A DNA stretch of 64,000 nucleotides from contig OZ024741.1 in NCBI GenBank assembly GCA_964016885.1, positions 333,622,001 to 333,686,000 on the forward strand, read 5' to 3'. Within the stretch, counting starts at the first letter, position 1. Each line of letters begins with the position of its first letter. The translations under genes and the position numbers were made by a program. The DNA is from Eledone cirrhosa (lineage: Eukaryota). Below, in pieces: positions 13,633 through 26,216 of this stretch. Below the pieces are notes generated by a model. The model was not told the DNA's origin. It did no database searches and saw nothing but the letters and a program-made list of their open reading frames with translations.

Positions 13633-15131
13633 TATATATATAACATTTTATCATAACTTTATGTAAAAACCTTTGCGAAGTTATGCCCCAAACAGCAATC
13701 TAATAATGAGAATGTTAGTTATATTACTAAATTCCTACACATTCTTGATTATTTTGAAAATGATGTGAAAACCATAGGCAGTATCATTCTTTAGAAATAT
13801 GGTAAAGAAATGGTTGAAACTACCCATGTCTCTAGGTATATCATATTGATTGGATTTGGATTTGGATCACTAAGTCTTCCACATACAACTTTGCCCAGAC
13901 ATGTGCATTGGGGGTGAACCTTCTGGGTGCAAATTCTATGGTCATTTGTGACAGTAGAGAGTCATTTTAGAGTAGAAAACAAAAGGTCGTTTAATATTTG
14001 TTCTGGATTTCTGCCCTCTGGGTTCAAATTTCACAGAGGTTAAATTTGCTTTTCATCCTTTCAAGGCCAATCAATAAAGTATGAGTCCAGCACTAGTGAT
14101 GAACCAGCAGAATTCAGCAAGATGATTTGTGGTATACGTTCTACTTCTCTGCATTCTGAGTTCAAATCCTTTTATGGTCTACTTTTATGGCAGACTTAAT
14201 CAGTTTTTCAATTTAACACCACCATTTGGAACTTGAGTGCTTTTAGCAGGGTCCACTCTGCTGTAAGTATTTAGGTCAGGTCTCAGATCTGAGAGTACCT
14301 TCTCTCTTTCCCCTTGGTATCCCTGAAAAGGGTTAAAAAAACACTGCCATCCTCCTTGATTAAACAATAAACAAAACATATAATAATAAATATTTGATTC
14401 TAAAACCTTGATATTAAATCCCCCAAACTAAATCTCTCATATTAGATCTCCAAATTAAATCAGCTGTACTAAACCAGATGTACTAAATCCTATATACTAA
14501 ATCTTTTGTACTAAATCCTCTGACCCAGATCTGCTGTACTAGATATCTGTACTATATCTGTACTGTATCTGTACTATATCTGTACTATATCTCTTGCACT
14601 AAATGTTCTGTTCTAATTCTTATAAACTAATTCTCTAACTCTGCTACATTAAAACACTAATAACAGAGGTGGTTCAGTTTTAGGTAAACTGATTCCACAA
14701 CTCATATTTGGCTTCTCATCATGGTGCTATGTATCTTTATTCCACCAATGCTGCTGGAAAGGCATGAATACTACAACTATACTGCTAAAGCAATGATGTA
14801 AGACAATTTTGAGTGAATTCTGGTAGTTGGAAGCTGTGTACAAGTTCAATATCCTCACCATTTAATGTCAGATTTGTTCCATGCGTTAGGTGGGTTGTCA
14901 CAGACCAAGTCAGTACTTAATTGTAATTATTTTCCTTCGACCTGGAGAGGGACAGATAGGCTCCAGAAAGCTTAGAATGTGCAAGAAACACTATATGCCC
15001 CCATAGTAGCCCTGCAACTCCATCAAGAGTTACAGAACCATACCATTGTTCTTCAAAGAAGAGCCAGGGGAAGATCTCAGATTCATATAGATGAATGTCC
15101 TTCGTATCACCAAACCACTTATTCTTTGTGT

Positions 15132-15175
<44 letters not shown>

Positions 15176-15351
15176 ATACTTGGGGAGGGTCATATTGCTG
15201 TAATAATATTGCCAGAAATAATAACAGAACACACTCACTGTTTGGTTGGTTTTCGCTTCTGCATCTTTTATATCTCCATAGTTAATTCATTTGGCCATCA
15301 ATATATATATATATATATATATATATGTAACAAAATTTAAAATAAAGATCG

Positions 15352-15500
15352 CTTCTACAGGACTAGAACTGTTTCTTTTTAATGAAACAGTTCTAGTCCT
15401 GTAGAAGCCATTTCTATATAAAATGTTGTTGTATGCACACTACTAATGCATTGAGTACCTTACTTACTGTGGTTACCCCCAATTGAACCCAGGACTCTCT
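15352..15500. repeat. Palindromic dispersed element (CTTCTACAGGACTAGAACTGTTTC...GAAACAGTTCTAGTCCTGTAGAAG), Penelope-LTR-like
   Basis: 24-bp perfect inverted arms. Related copies at 22661, 43011 and 52021. Confidence 0.7.
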
Positions 15501-15525
15501 CACACACACACACACACGCACACAT

Positions 15526-15560
<35 letters not shown>

Positions 15561-15561
<1 letters not shown>

Positions 15562-15702
15562 TTTCTGAAGACGGCATATATATGTGTTTGGTATGTATAT
15601 TTAATTTTGATAGTTTGTATAATTTTGTATAATTTTGTACATAGATCTGTTGAATATGCATGCCAATTCTAACACATATATATCCTAGAAACGATCGTTA
15701 AA
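15561..15702 (+). ncRNA. Hammerhead-like motif with an extended stem II
   Basis: CTGAAGA (15565-15571), a long stem ATATATATGTGTT/AACACATATATAT, then GAAAC-GATC-GTT with palindromic AACGATCGTT. Stem I is only 3 bp. Confidence 0.5.
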
Positions 15703-15901
15703 TAATGAACTTTTTTTGTTTAATATAAGGAACTGTTTCATTGTTTTATTCATTATTTTTTTAATATTTTATCTTGACTCTGTATTCCGTTTATCTTTCA
15801 CCGAAAGTGATTTTTCATTGCATCTCTTCTTTCCATGATATCCGGATTACATTGAGTTCTTCATACGGATTGGACACTACCGTAAACTCTTGGTAGATTT
15901 A

Positions 15902-15934
<33 letters not shown>

Positions 15935-15940
<6 letters not shown>

Positions 15941-16582
15941 GGAATAGAATGAAACGAAATTTCATTTCTCACTCTTAGTATGGCACTTACTTAAATGTAA
16001 GTATGTATGTATACGTACATACATATATGTATACAGACGTACAGTAGTATGTATATATATATACATACATGCACACATATATATATCTATGCACGTATCG
16101 GTTTACCGAACATTTATTATAATGCTCGGTTTGTTTGTTTGTAAACAAACAAACAGCCCGAATTACGCCGTACAGTGTTTAGGCAACCACATCACCTTTT
16201 TGTTCAACACTGACACAGGAAAGATGTACTAATTTCAAGCTTATTAGCTATCGTCAGCATCGTATACCTTCCTGCCAGATGGTTGAACGTCTGAAAGTAT
16301 ATACTTTCCTTATGCATATTAACGGCTGAGCAGCCTAATTTGCATATCGAGTGAGTTCAGTCGGCCGGGCGCACCGTAAACGATAAATGGAATAGAATGA
16401 AACGAAATTTCATTTCTCACTCTTAGTACGGCACTTACTTAAATGTAAGTATGTATGTATGTATACGTACATACATATATGTATACAGACGTACAGTAGT
16501 ATGTATATATATACATACATGCACACATATATATATGCACGTATTGGTTTACCGAACATTTATTATAATGCTTGGTTTGTTT
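15935..16582 (-). mobile_element. Retrozyme-like element: ~1.45 copies of a 448-bp unit (~200-bp direct repeats) in (TA)n
   Basis: 15935-16136 is nearly identical to 16383-16582. The interior is non-coding and contains an HHR. Confidence 0.75.
16202..16288 (-). ncRNA. Minimal type I hammerhead ribozyme
   Basis: Minus strand reads GATG-CTGACGA-T-AGCT-AATA-AGCT-T-GAAA-TTA-GTA-CATC. Stem I GATG/CATC extends via AGGAAG/TTTCCT, CTGGCA/TGTCAG and GTTCAAC/GTTGAAC. Confidence 0.8.
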
Positions 16583-17104
16583 ATATATATATAAATATAT
16601 TGGACTCAGAACATCTATATACCACAGAGCATGCTATCAGATGAAATATCTAGTGAAACTTAAAATAACAATTATGTCAAGTGTATCTGTTCAACTGCAT
16701 TGAAACAAATATTTTTTGTATAACTTTTATAATTGTAAAACCTTATTGGATATTGAATACAATCTCATAACAAACTGAAATGTACTCAGAATACAAATAG
16801 TAAATCTCATGAATATGTAAATTCAAAAAGTGTATAAAAAGGTTAAATAGGTTTAGAATTATTGATAGAAAAATTGCACTGGATTTGTTTAGCCCTAGGT
16901 GAGTCCTGATCATAGAGACCTATTTACAAACGTTCAAACCGTGATCAACTCATGCTTCTTTAATCCTTTCATTACTGTATTTTTACAAAAGATACTGCTA
17001 TGAGAATCTTTTTATTGAAATAAACCATGTATGTGAAATATGCTAACAATACAGATAGCATGAAATTACAAACACAAATGTCATAGCTGTCAGAATTTAA
17101 TACA

Positions 17105-17465
17105 TACTCTCGGGTTTGAATAATCGTCCCCACCCCCTGCTTATTAATTTTTCCACCACCCCCACTCATATTCCAGCATCCCCCACTCTTGCTTATTAAA
17201 TTTTTTTAATCTATCTCCAGCAAAATTTTATTTTAAGTGATAGCATTCCTGCAACAATTACTTTTCTTTATACATTATAAAACATTATACATGACAAAAA
17301 AGTACATTACAAGAAATCCCATACATTATAAAATAAATAGGATGGGTTCGGGTCTCAATATGTAAACTAAACGACTTATTCTGGTTTTAAAAAAATTCAA
17401 CAGAGACAACCTAGAAAAAATTACAGATTTTCTACCCTCTCCCTATTATTTGGGACCCAAAAGTA
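17105..17465. mobile_element. Probable non-autonomous DNA transposon (MITE)
   Basis: Imperfect inverted ends TACTCTCGGGTTTGAATAAT / ATTATTTGGGACCCAAAAGTA. Confidence 0.5.
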
Positions 17466-18049
17466 CAATCATATATATCTATTACTTAATTACATAAATA
17501 TTTGACATGAAAATATAGAATTAAAATGGAAGAAAATATTAAGTTAACACTAAATGTATCAATCAGTCATGCACAACAAGGTGCAGGAGGCTCCTAATAC
17601 TTTTTGAGGTAAGCCAACACACTGGCAGTGTTACTGTAGGTGATAATGAGGTTAAAGCATGGAAACAACCAATAATTTTCAAGTAAATCTGACGATAATC
17701 AAGAATATAGCATGATAAATGTATTACAAGACATTATGATGGAAGGTCTAAATTTAAATAAAAACTCTTTAAAACCCACAGCTTTGTATTATAAAACTAG
17801 TGGTAGTTTCATTCAGATAGTTTGCTATCAACAGAGTTAAAACATAATATTCACAAGACAACATCCTAGATTCAATCTTTTCTTTTCTCTTTATGATAAT
17901 AGGGATTGGATTTGAGGGACATTTGGCTACTAATTTGAGCAGGTTGAACTGCATAGGGCCCTCTTTTTAGTTTGTTGAACTAAAGTATGTTTCTATGGAA
18001 GTCCATAGCCAAAGAAATACTGAGCATGAATGAGGCTATTGTATATATG

Positions 18050-18615
18050 TAGCCATTTCATTTTAATACATGTTTATCCACTGTATATATTTCTGTTTAA
18101 CAAATATTTGTATTTCTGTTTAATAGATATTTATATCATTGTTAAGCAGATGCGCATATTTCTGTTTAACAGATGCATGCATTTGTTTAATAGATTCCAG
18201 TATTTAAAAAAGATAAAATAGATGCCTGTATTTTAAAATGTATGAATATTTCTGTTTAAATGATATCTGTATTTCTGTTTAACAAACCTGAGCATTTATG
18301 TTTAATAGATATGTGTATTTCTGTTTAGCTGATGCGTGTATTTCTGTTTAAAAGATATGTGTATTTCTGTTTAATAGATGTGCATATTTCTGTTTAAAGA
18401 TATGTGTAATTCTATTTAAAAGATGTGTATATTTCTGTTTAACAGATGTGTACATTTCTGTTCAACAGATGTATTGATTCACATTCAATAGATATGTGTA
18501 TTTCTGTGTAAAAGATGCATGTATTGCTATTTAAAGGATGTGAATGTTTCTGTATTTCTGTTTAAAAGATGTGTATATTTCTATTTAAAAGCTATGTGTA
18601 TTTCTGTTTAACAAA
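18050..18615. repeat. Degenerate ~24-bp minisatellite (TATTTCTGTTTAAAAGATGTG)
   Basis: Recurrent ATTTCTGTTTAA core. Confidence 0.85.
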
Positions 18616-18987
18616 TGAGCTTATCGATGTTGAGGATTAGCTGCACATTAAAAATGTACAGATGACTATAGGCTTTCTGCAAGAGATACACTGAAGTATT
18701 TTAAAGCTGTATTTAGGTTTTGTGCAGCTGAAGTGCAGAGGTGTTGAGTAGATGTGTATAGGTGTTAGGAGCAATTACAATGATGTTTAGGGGTTAATGT
18801 GTGTTTGATGGATATCACCTCATTAAGATCGTTTAAAATTGACAAAGTCAAAAATGAAGTTTGAGAAGGTTGTTGAAGTAATTCATTCATTTCTTGTGAA
18901 GAATAACAGAGCTAGGGTGTGGAGGAATATTGGTTTCTATTTTTGGCACAAGGCTAGCAATTTTAGGAGGAAGAACTAAGTTGATTT

Positions 18988-19172
18988 ATGAGGATTAGAT
19001 GAAAAGTTCATAGGCGGACCAAGATACTCTCATGGAATGACCAAATGAGGTTTATTTTTCAACATAGTCCCTGGAAAGAAATAATGCAATTATTAATAAG
19101 AAGAGTTGAAATTAATGAATGCAAGATTTCACAGCTCTAGCATCACTCTTTCATAATCAGCCTATAAACTTT
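18988..19172. mobile_element. Mariner-like MITE nested in a minus-strand family B SINE (18930-19310)
   Basis: Inverted ends AAGTTCATAGGCGGA / TCAGCCTATAAACTT. SINE B sequence resumes on both sides. Confidence 0.55.
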
Positions 19173-20117
19173 ACTTAACTGGTACTTTATTTTATTGACC
19201 TTTGAAGGATGAAAGGCAAAATTGACTTTGGAGGGATTTGAACTCAGAATGTAAAGAACAAGAACAAATGCTGCTAAACATTTGTCTGGTGCTCTACTGA
19301 CTTTGCCAATTTACTGTCCTTAGAATGAGAAATATTAATTGTAAAACTATGTAAATATTAATATTTGGTGCCATGATAAAAAGCACCCAGTTCACCCTGT
19401 AGATGGTCATTTTGGTGCCATGATAAAAACATCCAGTCCACCCTGTAGGTGATCGTTTTGGTGCTACAATAAAAAGCACCCAGTCCACACTGTGATGTGG
19501 TTGGTGTTAGGAAGGATCTCAGATATAGAAAGAAACCAAGCCAAAATACAGATCCTCATGAGCAAACTTGTCTCAATGTGACAACCCATCTAACCCATGT
19601 AAGTGTGGAAAAATGGATGTTAAACAATAGTGAGGATTATGTTGAATGGAAAACACTACAGCCATCACTTGCTATCGAAGATAACTTAGTCACTTGTACC
19701 ATGCTTTTGCTGATAGTTTTGTGTGCCAATGTAGTTGCGAGCATTCCAGATACCTTTTCAACTCTCCCTTATTTTTATCAGCAAACCATCCAGAATATGA
19801 TAGCTAGAGAGAGAGGAGGGTTGCACCAGATGCACTGGTACTTTCTTTGTCAATCTTGAAAGGAAAACAAATCTCAGCAAGGTTTTAAAAATATTTCTTC
19901 TATGGAACTGAGGACTACATTCATCATCATCGTCATTGTTTTAACATCCACTTTCACTGCTAGCAAGGGTTCTATTTTTGAAGAGGGTAAATGGTGAGTT
20001 TAGGGGGATTTGTTTGCTATTTCTTGCAGGCTTAATGACCACATAGATATTCCAAACAATTTTGGAAGTAAATGTATGATAATGACTAATTTTATAACAC
20101 CCAACCACTATATTTTA

Positions 20118-20497
20118 TGTTTCATACAGCAGGCATCCCTGGGTATCTTCCCTCTATTCCACTGTTCACAATTTTAACTCTTGTTGAGTATTTCATAAGC
20201 TCCCTTCCCTTCCCCTACACCTGAAAACCCTCAAGTTTCCAAAATCCCCATCTAACTGGTTAGCTTCTCCATATAACAATAATAATACATCATTCTACTA
20301 TTATTAATGTTTCATGCAGCAGGAATCCCTGGGTATGCCCACCACCACTTCCTTTCCCCCTATTTATAATTCTAACTGTGTTTACCTTGTTGAGTATTTC
20401 ATTAATTCTCTTCCCCCACACGCTCCCCCTACACCCAAAAAACCCTCAAGAATCCAAAATTCCCATCTTGCTAGTTAGCTTCTGTATATAATAATAC
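20118..20497. repeat. Diverged ~190-bp tandem duplication
   Basis: TGTTTCAT.CAGCAGG.ATCCCTGGGTAT ... GTTAGCTTCT occurs twice. Confidence 0.85.
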
Positions 20498-20641
20498 TTG
20501 ATCCATCATAACAGTATCTTCTTCTTCTCCTGAGATATCTGTACTTAGATCTTCACTGTCAAATATCTTCTTCTTCTTCTTCTTCTGTTCTTTGTTCTTT
20601 CTTTCTTATTCTTTATTTAGACTCTTAGATAAAACATTCTT

Positions 20642-20677
20642 AGGTCAACTTAGGTCAAACGAGGTCAACTCAGGTCA
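20642..20677 (+). promoter_or_regulatory. Four AGGTCA half-sites at DR4 spacing
   Basis: AGGTCA-ACTT-AGGTCA-AACG-AGGTCA-ACTC-AGGTCA. Confidence 0.4.
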
Positions 20678-20989
20678 TTCCATATTTTCTCCTTCGGTTT
20701 GCTTCTTTCTTTCCTTCTAATTATTTCTAATTTAAACAGTTCCTTCTCATCAACCGTGCTCTCCTTCAAATCTGCTGCTTTGTTTCCTCTTATCACATTA
20801 ATTCCCAGTTTTCTTCCAACATATACAGGATAACATACATATAAACACACACACATACACACATCTACACAGGCATGCATCTATGTGTATGCATATGTGT
20901 ATGTTTAAGTGTGTATTTATGAGTAGTTTTCAAATATTAATAAATAAGAGTATAGATTGTGCAAATCATAATCATAAGCATTTCATTTC

Positions 20990-21320
20990 ATTTGAAATTC
21001 CTCACATGCACCACTTTCTACTCATACCAACCCATATCATAGTTTAGCACCAGCTACTCAATGTTACTTTTGTATAAGAAGAGAGCTCCTTGTTGCCATC
21101 TTAGGAAGCAGGTTATCTAAGATTCCATTCCATTCACAGTAAACCCTAGAGACTCTAGCTGTCCTTGGTTACAGCATTAATCAAGTGTCTTAGATAACAG
21201 ACCTTATCTATTGCTTCTAATCTCTCGATGCACATAATTACTCCAACTTTATTGTCTCTTGTATATCTCACTGATTGTTGGAAATGCAAGTGCATTAGTA
21301 GTCTGCAAAGATATTGCAAC
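20990..21320 (-). mobile_element. Highly decayed RTE ORF fragment
   Basis: LEAIDKVCYLRHLIN resembles IEIVDTFHYLGDEIS of the LINE at ~4315. Confidence 0.45.
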
Positions 21321-21499
21321 ATCTTATGATGTTTGATTGATTGATTGCACAAGATGGAATTTACCGCTAAAAACAAACAAAAAAAACAAGAAGAAAATTA
21401 AAAATAAAACGCACACACACACATACATACACACATATATTTATCCAGGGAGTGTAATGTGAAGTTTATTTTATATATATATATATGTAGAGAGAGAGA

Positions 21500-21566
<67 letters not shown>

Positions 21567-22300
21567 CAGAGGGAGCTAGGGAGACACACAGAAAGAGAAA
21601 GAGAAAGAGAAAGAAAAAAATAGTATTGACTGCAATTTAGAAGCAAGCATGGTAATGTAGTTAAGAAGTTTTCATCATTTCCATGTGGTTCAAAGTTCAA
21701 TTCTGCTGTGCAGCATCTTGTGTAAGTGTCTTTCATCATAACTGCCTTGAATTCAGCAATGAAGTGTGAGTGAAGTTTTGGCAATTTGGTAGATGCGAGC
21801 TGTACAGTAGGTCATCATATATATATATATATGTATATAGGTATGTACATATCATTAACATCATGATCATTGTTTCAAGCCTGTTTTCTCTGCTAACAAA
21901 TTATATATATATAATAACTGCTCCATCATTGTTGAGCAGATTTAGACGGTTTTGGCTGCTATTTCCAGTGTCAATATAAACCCACCATGTTGTCCTAAAA
22001 CATTGAATGGGATATATAAATATAGTAATTCAGGAACACAGCATATTGAACACTATGTGCTCAGCAGCAACATGGCATTCAACTTGTCCTCTTATTCCAA
22101 AGAATTCTCCATCTGAAGATGGAATTGTAATTCTTACAATATTGCTTATTTCAATGTCTTGGAATGATTAATGTTGTTTGAATGCCAGAACCCATGGTTG
22201 GGAAACTCTATAAGTAAAACCAACTTATTTTAGTTGGTCTAGCTTATATCCAACCAAAAAGAGATTTCGACTTAAGTTTTGATATGTTTTATATATTTTC

Positions 22301-22642
22301 ATTTCATTTTCATTTTTTACGTCCGCTTTTTCCCTGCTTTCAAGGGTGGGATGGGAACTGATTCTGGCTTGATTTCTACAGCTGGATACTCTTCTTAACA
22401 CCAACCTCATTTACAGTGAGTGCTGGGTGCTTTTTCTTTTGCCGTGGTACCTCCATGACCTCTTTGCAGTGGAATTATATGGACCCCAGTCCCTATCATC
22501 TCATTTCTACAGCTGAGTAAACTGGAGCAACGTGAAATAAAGTGTCTTGCTCAAGGAAACAACACATCACCCGGTCTGAGAATTGAACTCACAACCTTTC
22601 GATTGCAAGGCCAATGCTCTAACCACTAAGCCATGTGCCTCC
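22301..22642 (-). mobile_element. SINE family A
   Basis: Closely similar to 12588-12961. Confidence 0.9.
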
Positions 22643-22824
22643 ATATATAATATAGAAATAACTTCTACAGGAAAAAAACTGTTTCATTCATATGAAATCA
22701 TCAGGAACATCACTTTCCTGAGGATTTCATACAAATGAAACAATTCTAGTCCTGTAAAATATATTTTTGAATCCACCTATATATAATCATCATCAATTTT
22801 ACATCTGTTATTTCATGCTTGTAT

Positions 22825-23002
22825 GGCAGTATCGGTAGAGTGTCAGACGCCTTGCTTTGCAGTAGTTACAGCACTTTACCGTCTGAGTTCAAATCTCGCC
22901 GAGGTTAACTTTGCCTTTCGTTCTTGTAGGGTTGATAAAATAAAGCACCAGTAATGTACTGGGATAATTGCTGGCCTTGTGCCAAAAGTAGAAACAATTA
23001 TC
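22825..23002 (+). mobile_element. tRNA-derived SINE, family B
   Basis: GAGTTCAAATC B box, AACTTTGCCTTTC...GATAAAATAAAG.ACCAG core, and GGCCTTGTGCCAAAAGTAGAAACAATT tail. Confidence 0.85.
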
Positions 23003-24021
23003 ATTTTTACGTCAACTTTTCCATATTGGCATTGGTTTGTTAGAGGAAAATGTTTTACAGCTGTATGCCCTCCCTGATGTCAACCCATTTAGTCACCTTG
23101 TACGACATGCAGTGTACCTATTCTAAAAAAATTGAGATACTGAATATGTAAATTTATAGCCTCATGTAATGGAGACAGCAAAGCTTTTGTTTACCATTCA
23201 AGAGATTAATGATGGACTCATTGAGAAGAAATAGCAATGAAGATTTAATATCTTCCATATAATGGCTGAACAAAACAAGTGATAAACCAGAATTCAGGGA
23301 TGCTAATTAAAAAGAATCATTCATTTAACAGAAAACTGTTACCAGACACCCATACACTCCAATATATTTAACATTTTTTGTAACCATATTTCTAATGAAA
23401 TACACTCTAAATTAATTAATTAATAGAGAATTTTAAAGGATTTATTGAAATTATTAATTATTTCATTACTAAAATAATAGTTTCTGATTTAAACACAAGG
23501 CCAACAATTTTTGGGGAGAGGTAAGTCGATTGAATTGACTCCAGTGTGTTACTGGCATTTTATTTTATCGACTCTCTCCCTCCCCACCCCCACCATAAGG
23601 AGGAAAGGCACAGCTAACCGTGGCAGCAGAATTTGAACTCAGAATTTAAAGGGACGTAACTATATGCTAGAAAGCATGTTATCGAAGGCTCTACCAATAC
23701 TGCCAATCCATCATCCTTTTTATTATTAAATAATAACTTAAAATGTGTTTGTTAGATAAAATTATGCTGGAAAGTTTTTAGTTAAACAGGAAATCTTTGA
23801 AATTGGTGGTTTCACAGAACCAAAGCCAGTTTTGACCAGGCTAGCATCAAAAGGTTTAACCCTCACATGTTCATATTTCTTATAAAATCCACTGTATTTC
23901 AATTAATTATTGAAGAATTTTGAGGTATTTACTAAAATTATTAATTATTTCATTACTAAAATAATAACTTTACAGATAGTTCTTGTATAAAATTATGTTT
24001 TAAAAAGATTTTAATTTAAAT

Positions 24022-24200
24022 CATCATCAGGTTGAGCTTGCTCGGCTTTCTACGACTTGCTTCCTCCATCCATCTCTGTCTCTCATAGCATTTGCCAGTT
24101 CTTCCGCAGTGCATCCAGCATCGTCCTCAAGTTGCTTGACGTATGTCTTCTTGGGACGACCAGCATTTCTTGCTCCATGAGATGGACTCCATAACAACAC
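24022..24200 (-). mobile_element. 5'-truncated LINE (RTE-like) 3' end with 8-bp TSD
   Basis: Encodes VLLWSPSHGARNAGRPKKTYVKQLEDDAG...RDRDGWR...ST* followed by TGATGA. TSD ATTTAAAT at 24014 and 24201. Confidence 0.85.
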
Positions 24201-24879
24201 ATTTAAATAGGAACCCTTTAAAATAGAACCAGAGCTGGTTTTACATATATTCTACATACATTTACAATGTACCATATATTTTGAATTGCTGTTTTGTAAA
24301 TCCAGTAGATAAGTCATACCTCTATTTTATATACATGTACAGTACTCCATATATTTTGAATTTGAGTTTTTTAAAGTCTAGTAGATAAATCACACCTCAA
24401 TTTTATACGTGACATTTACAATGTACCATATATTTTAAATTAAGGTTTTGTAGTTTCAGTAGATAAGTCATCTCTCCATTTAATATAAAACATGTATAAT
24501 GTTGCTGGTGGTGTTTGTGGGGTAGGGTGTCTGTTGTTGGTGGTGGTGGTGTTTGTGGAGCGGTGTGTCTGTAGTTGGTGGTGTTTTTAATGGCAGTGTT
24601 AAATTGGCTGGCAATTGAAGACTACACTAGAACATGGATGTGACATGGTGAAAACAATCAAGGATGTTATTCTTTGATTACAAATCTCTAAAAGACTTCC
24701 TTAATTTCTTTCACCAGTCTTAGAGATGTAAATATGGATGCATGCATGTGTATATGTGTGTGTAAGGTTGTGGGTGTGTGTGAATGTTTGTGTGTCTGTG
24801 AGTGTGTGTGCATGTGCATGACAATTCCATCTATTTTTTCCCTAGAAATATTGTATACAGGACTCATCATCCAAGGCCG

Positions 24880-25039
24880 TAACTCCATGCTTTGACGCAT
24901 AGAGTTACATCCTTGCCATTCTGAGTTCAAATCCCGCCGAGGTTAACTTTGCTTTTCATCCTTATGGGGTCGATAAAATAAAGTACCAGTAATGCACTGG
25001 GTAATTGCTGGCCTTGTGCCAAAAGTAGAAACAATTATT
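24880..25039 (+). mobile_element. SINE family B
   Basis: Same core and tail as the other B copies. Confidence 0.85.
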
Positions 25040-25819
25040 ACTGTTTAATGTCTATTTTCCATGATTGCATGGATTAGACAGGTTGTCACATTTTGAGATT
25101 AAACAAGTTAGATGACTGTGTCTTGTTCATACAATTCATTTTGACATGGTTTCTATGGATGGATGCCCTTACTAATGCTAACCATTTCACATTTTGTACA
25201 GGGTATGTTTTACTGTGATACTCCCACTACAACTTGACAATATTTAATGTGCACCTCCATTTTTTTCTAATATGACAATAGGTGCAATTTGTGCAGAAAT
25301 ATATAATTGCTATGTCTAGCAAGGCAGGTGACCATCTAGCGATTCCTCCATTGTCTCGTTATTGTTGAGGATGATGATGATGTTTAGCTCTAAGTCAAAC
25401 CTAATTCAACAGAGCTATGATAAAAGGCATTCAAGCCATGACCAACTTCTCTTTGTCCAGTTTGTTATCAAAAGGGTTAACATTCATGTCATCATCATCA
25501 TCATGTTATTTGAAGAAGATTTGGCTGATATTTCTAGCATAGCAAGTCCAGTAATCTCAGACAACCTCACAGGACTTCATGAGTCTGTTCATGTGATTAT
25601 TGTCACTGCCTGCAATAGCTGTTCTTGTTGTTCTTGGTGTTGGTGTACTCTTTGTTTGATTTAGTTTGGTCAATCAAGCAGATCTGTGTTTATTCAGACA
25701 GCCAATCAAATGCAGACCTGTGTCATTCCGACAGCCAATAAAACGCTTTGAATTGATCTCAAAATTAAATCTAGTGCCACCCATAGTCAAGATTATATTT
25801 TATTTTTTTAAACCATATA

Positions 25820-26165
25820 CAGTGGAACCTTGGTTCACGAATGCCTCTCATCACAAACAAATTAGTTAATGAATAATTTTTCAAAACATAAAACAACTCA
25901 GTCCACAAACAGTGTCTCAAGTAACGAACACACAAGCTGGAAACAATGATTGACAACAAGCTGGGAGTATTGGTGGGAAACTGTAACTTGGTGTGTAGTT
26001 AGTTACTATGATGATAGCTATCTTTCTTCCACACATAGTTTCTCTCTCACTATATTTCTCTCAACATTTCGTATGGGAAAAATAGTTTCAGTTTATGAAC
26101 ATTTTGGGTGACAAACAGCTTTTAGGAACAAATTAAGTACGTGAAACGAGATTCCACTGCATGTA

Positions 26166-26216
<51 letters not shown>

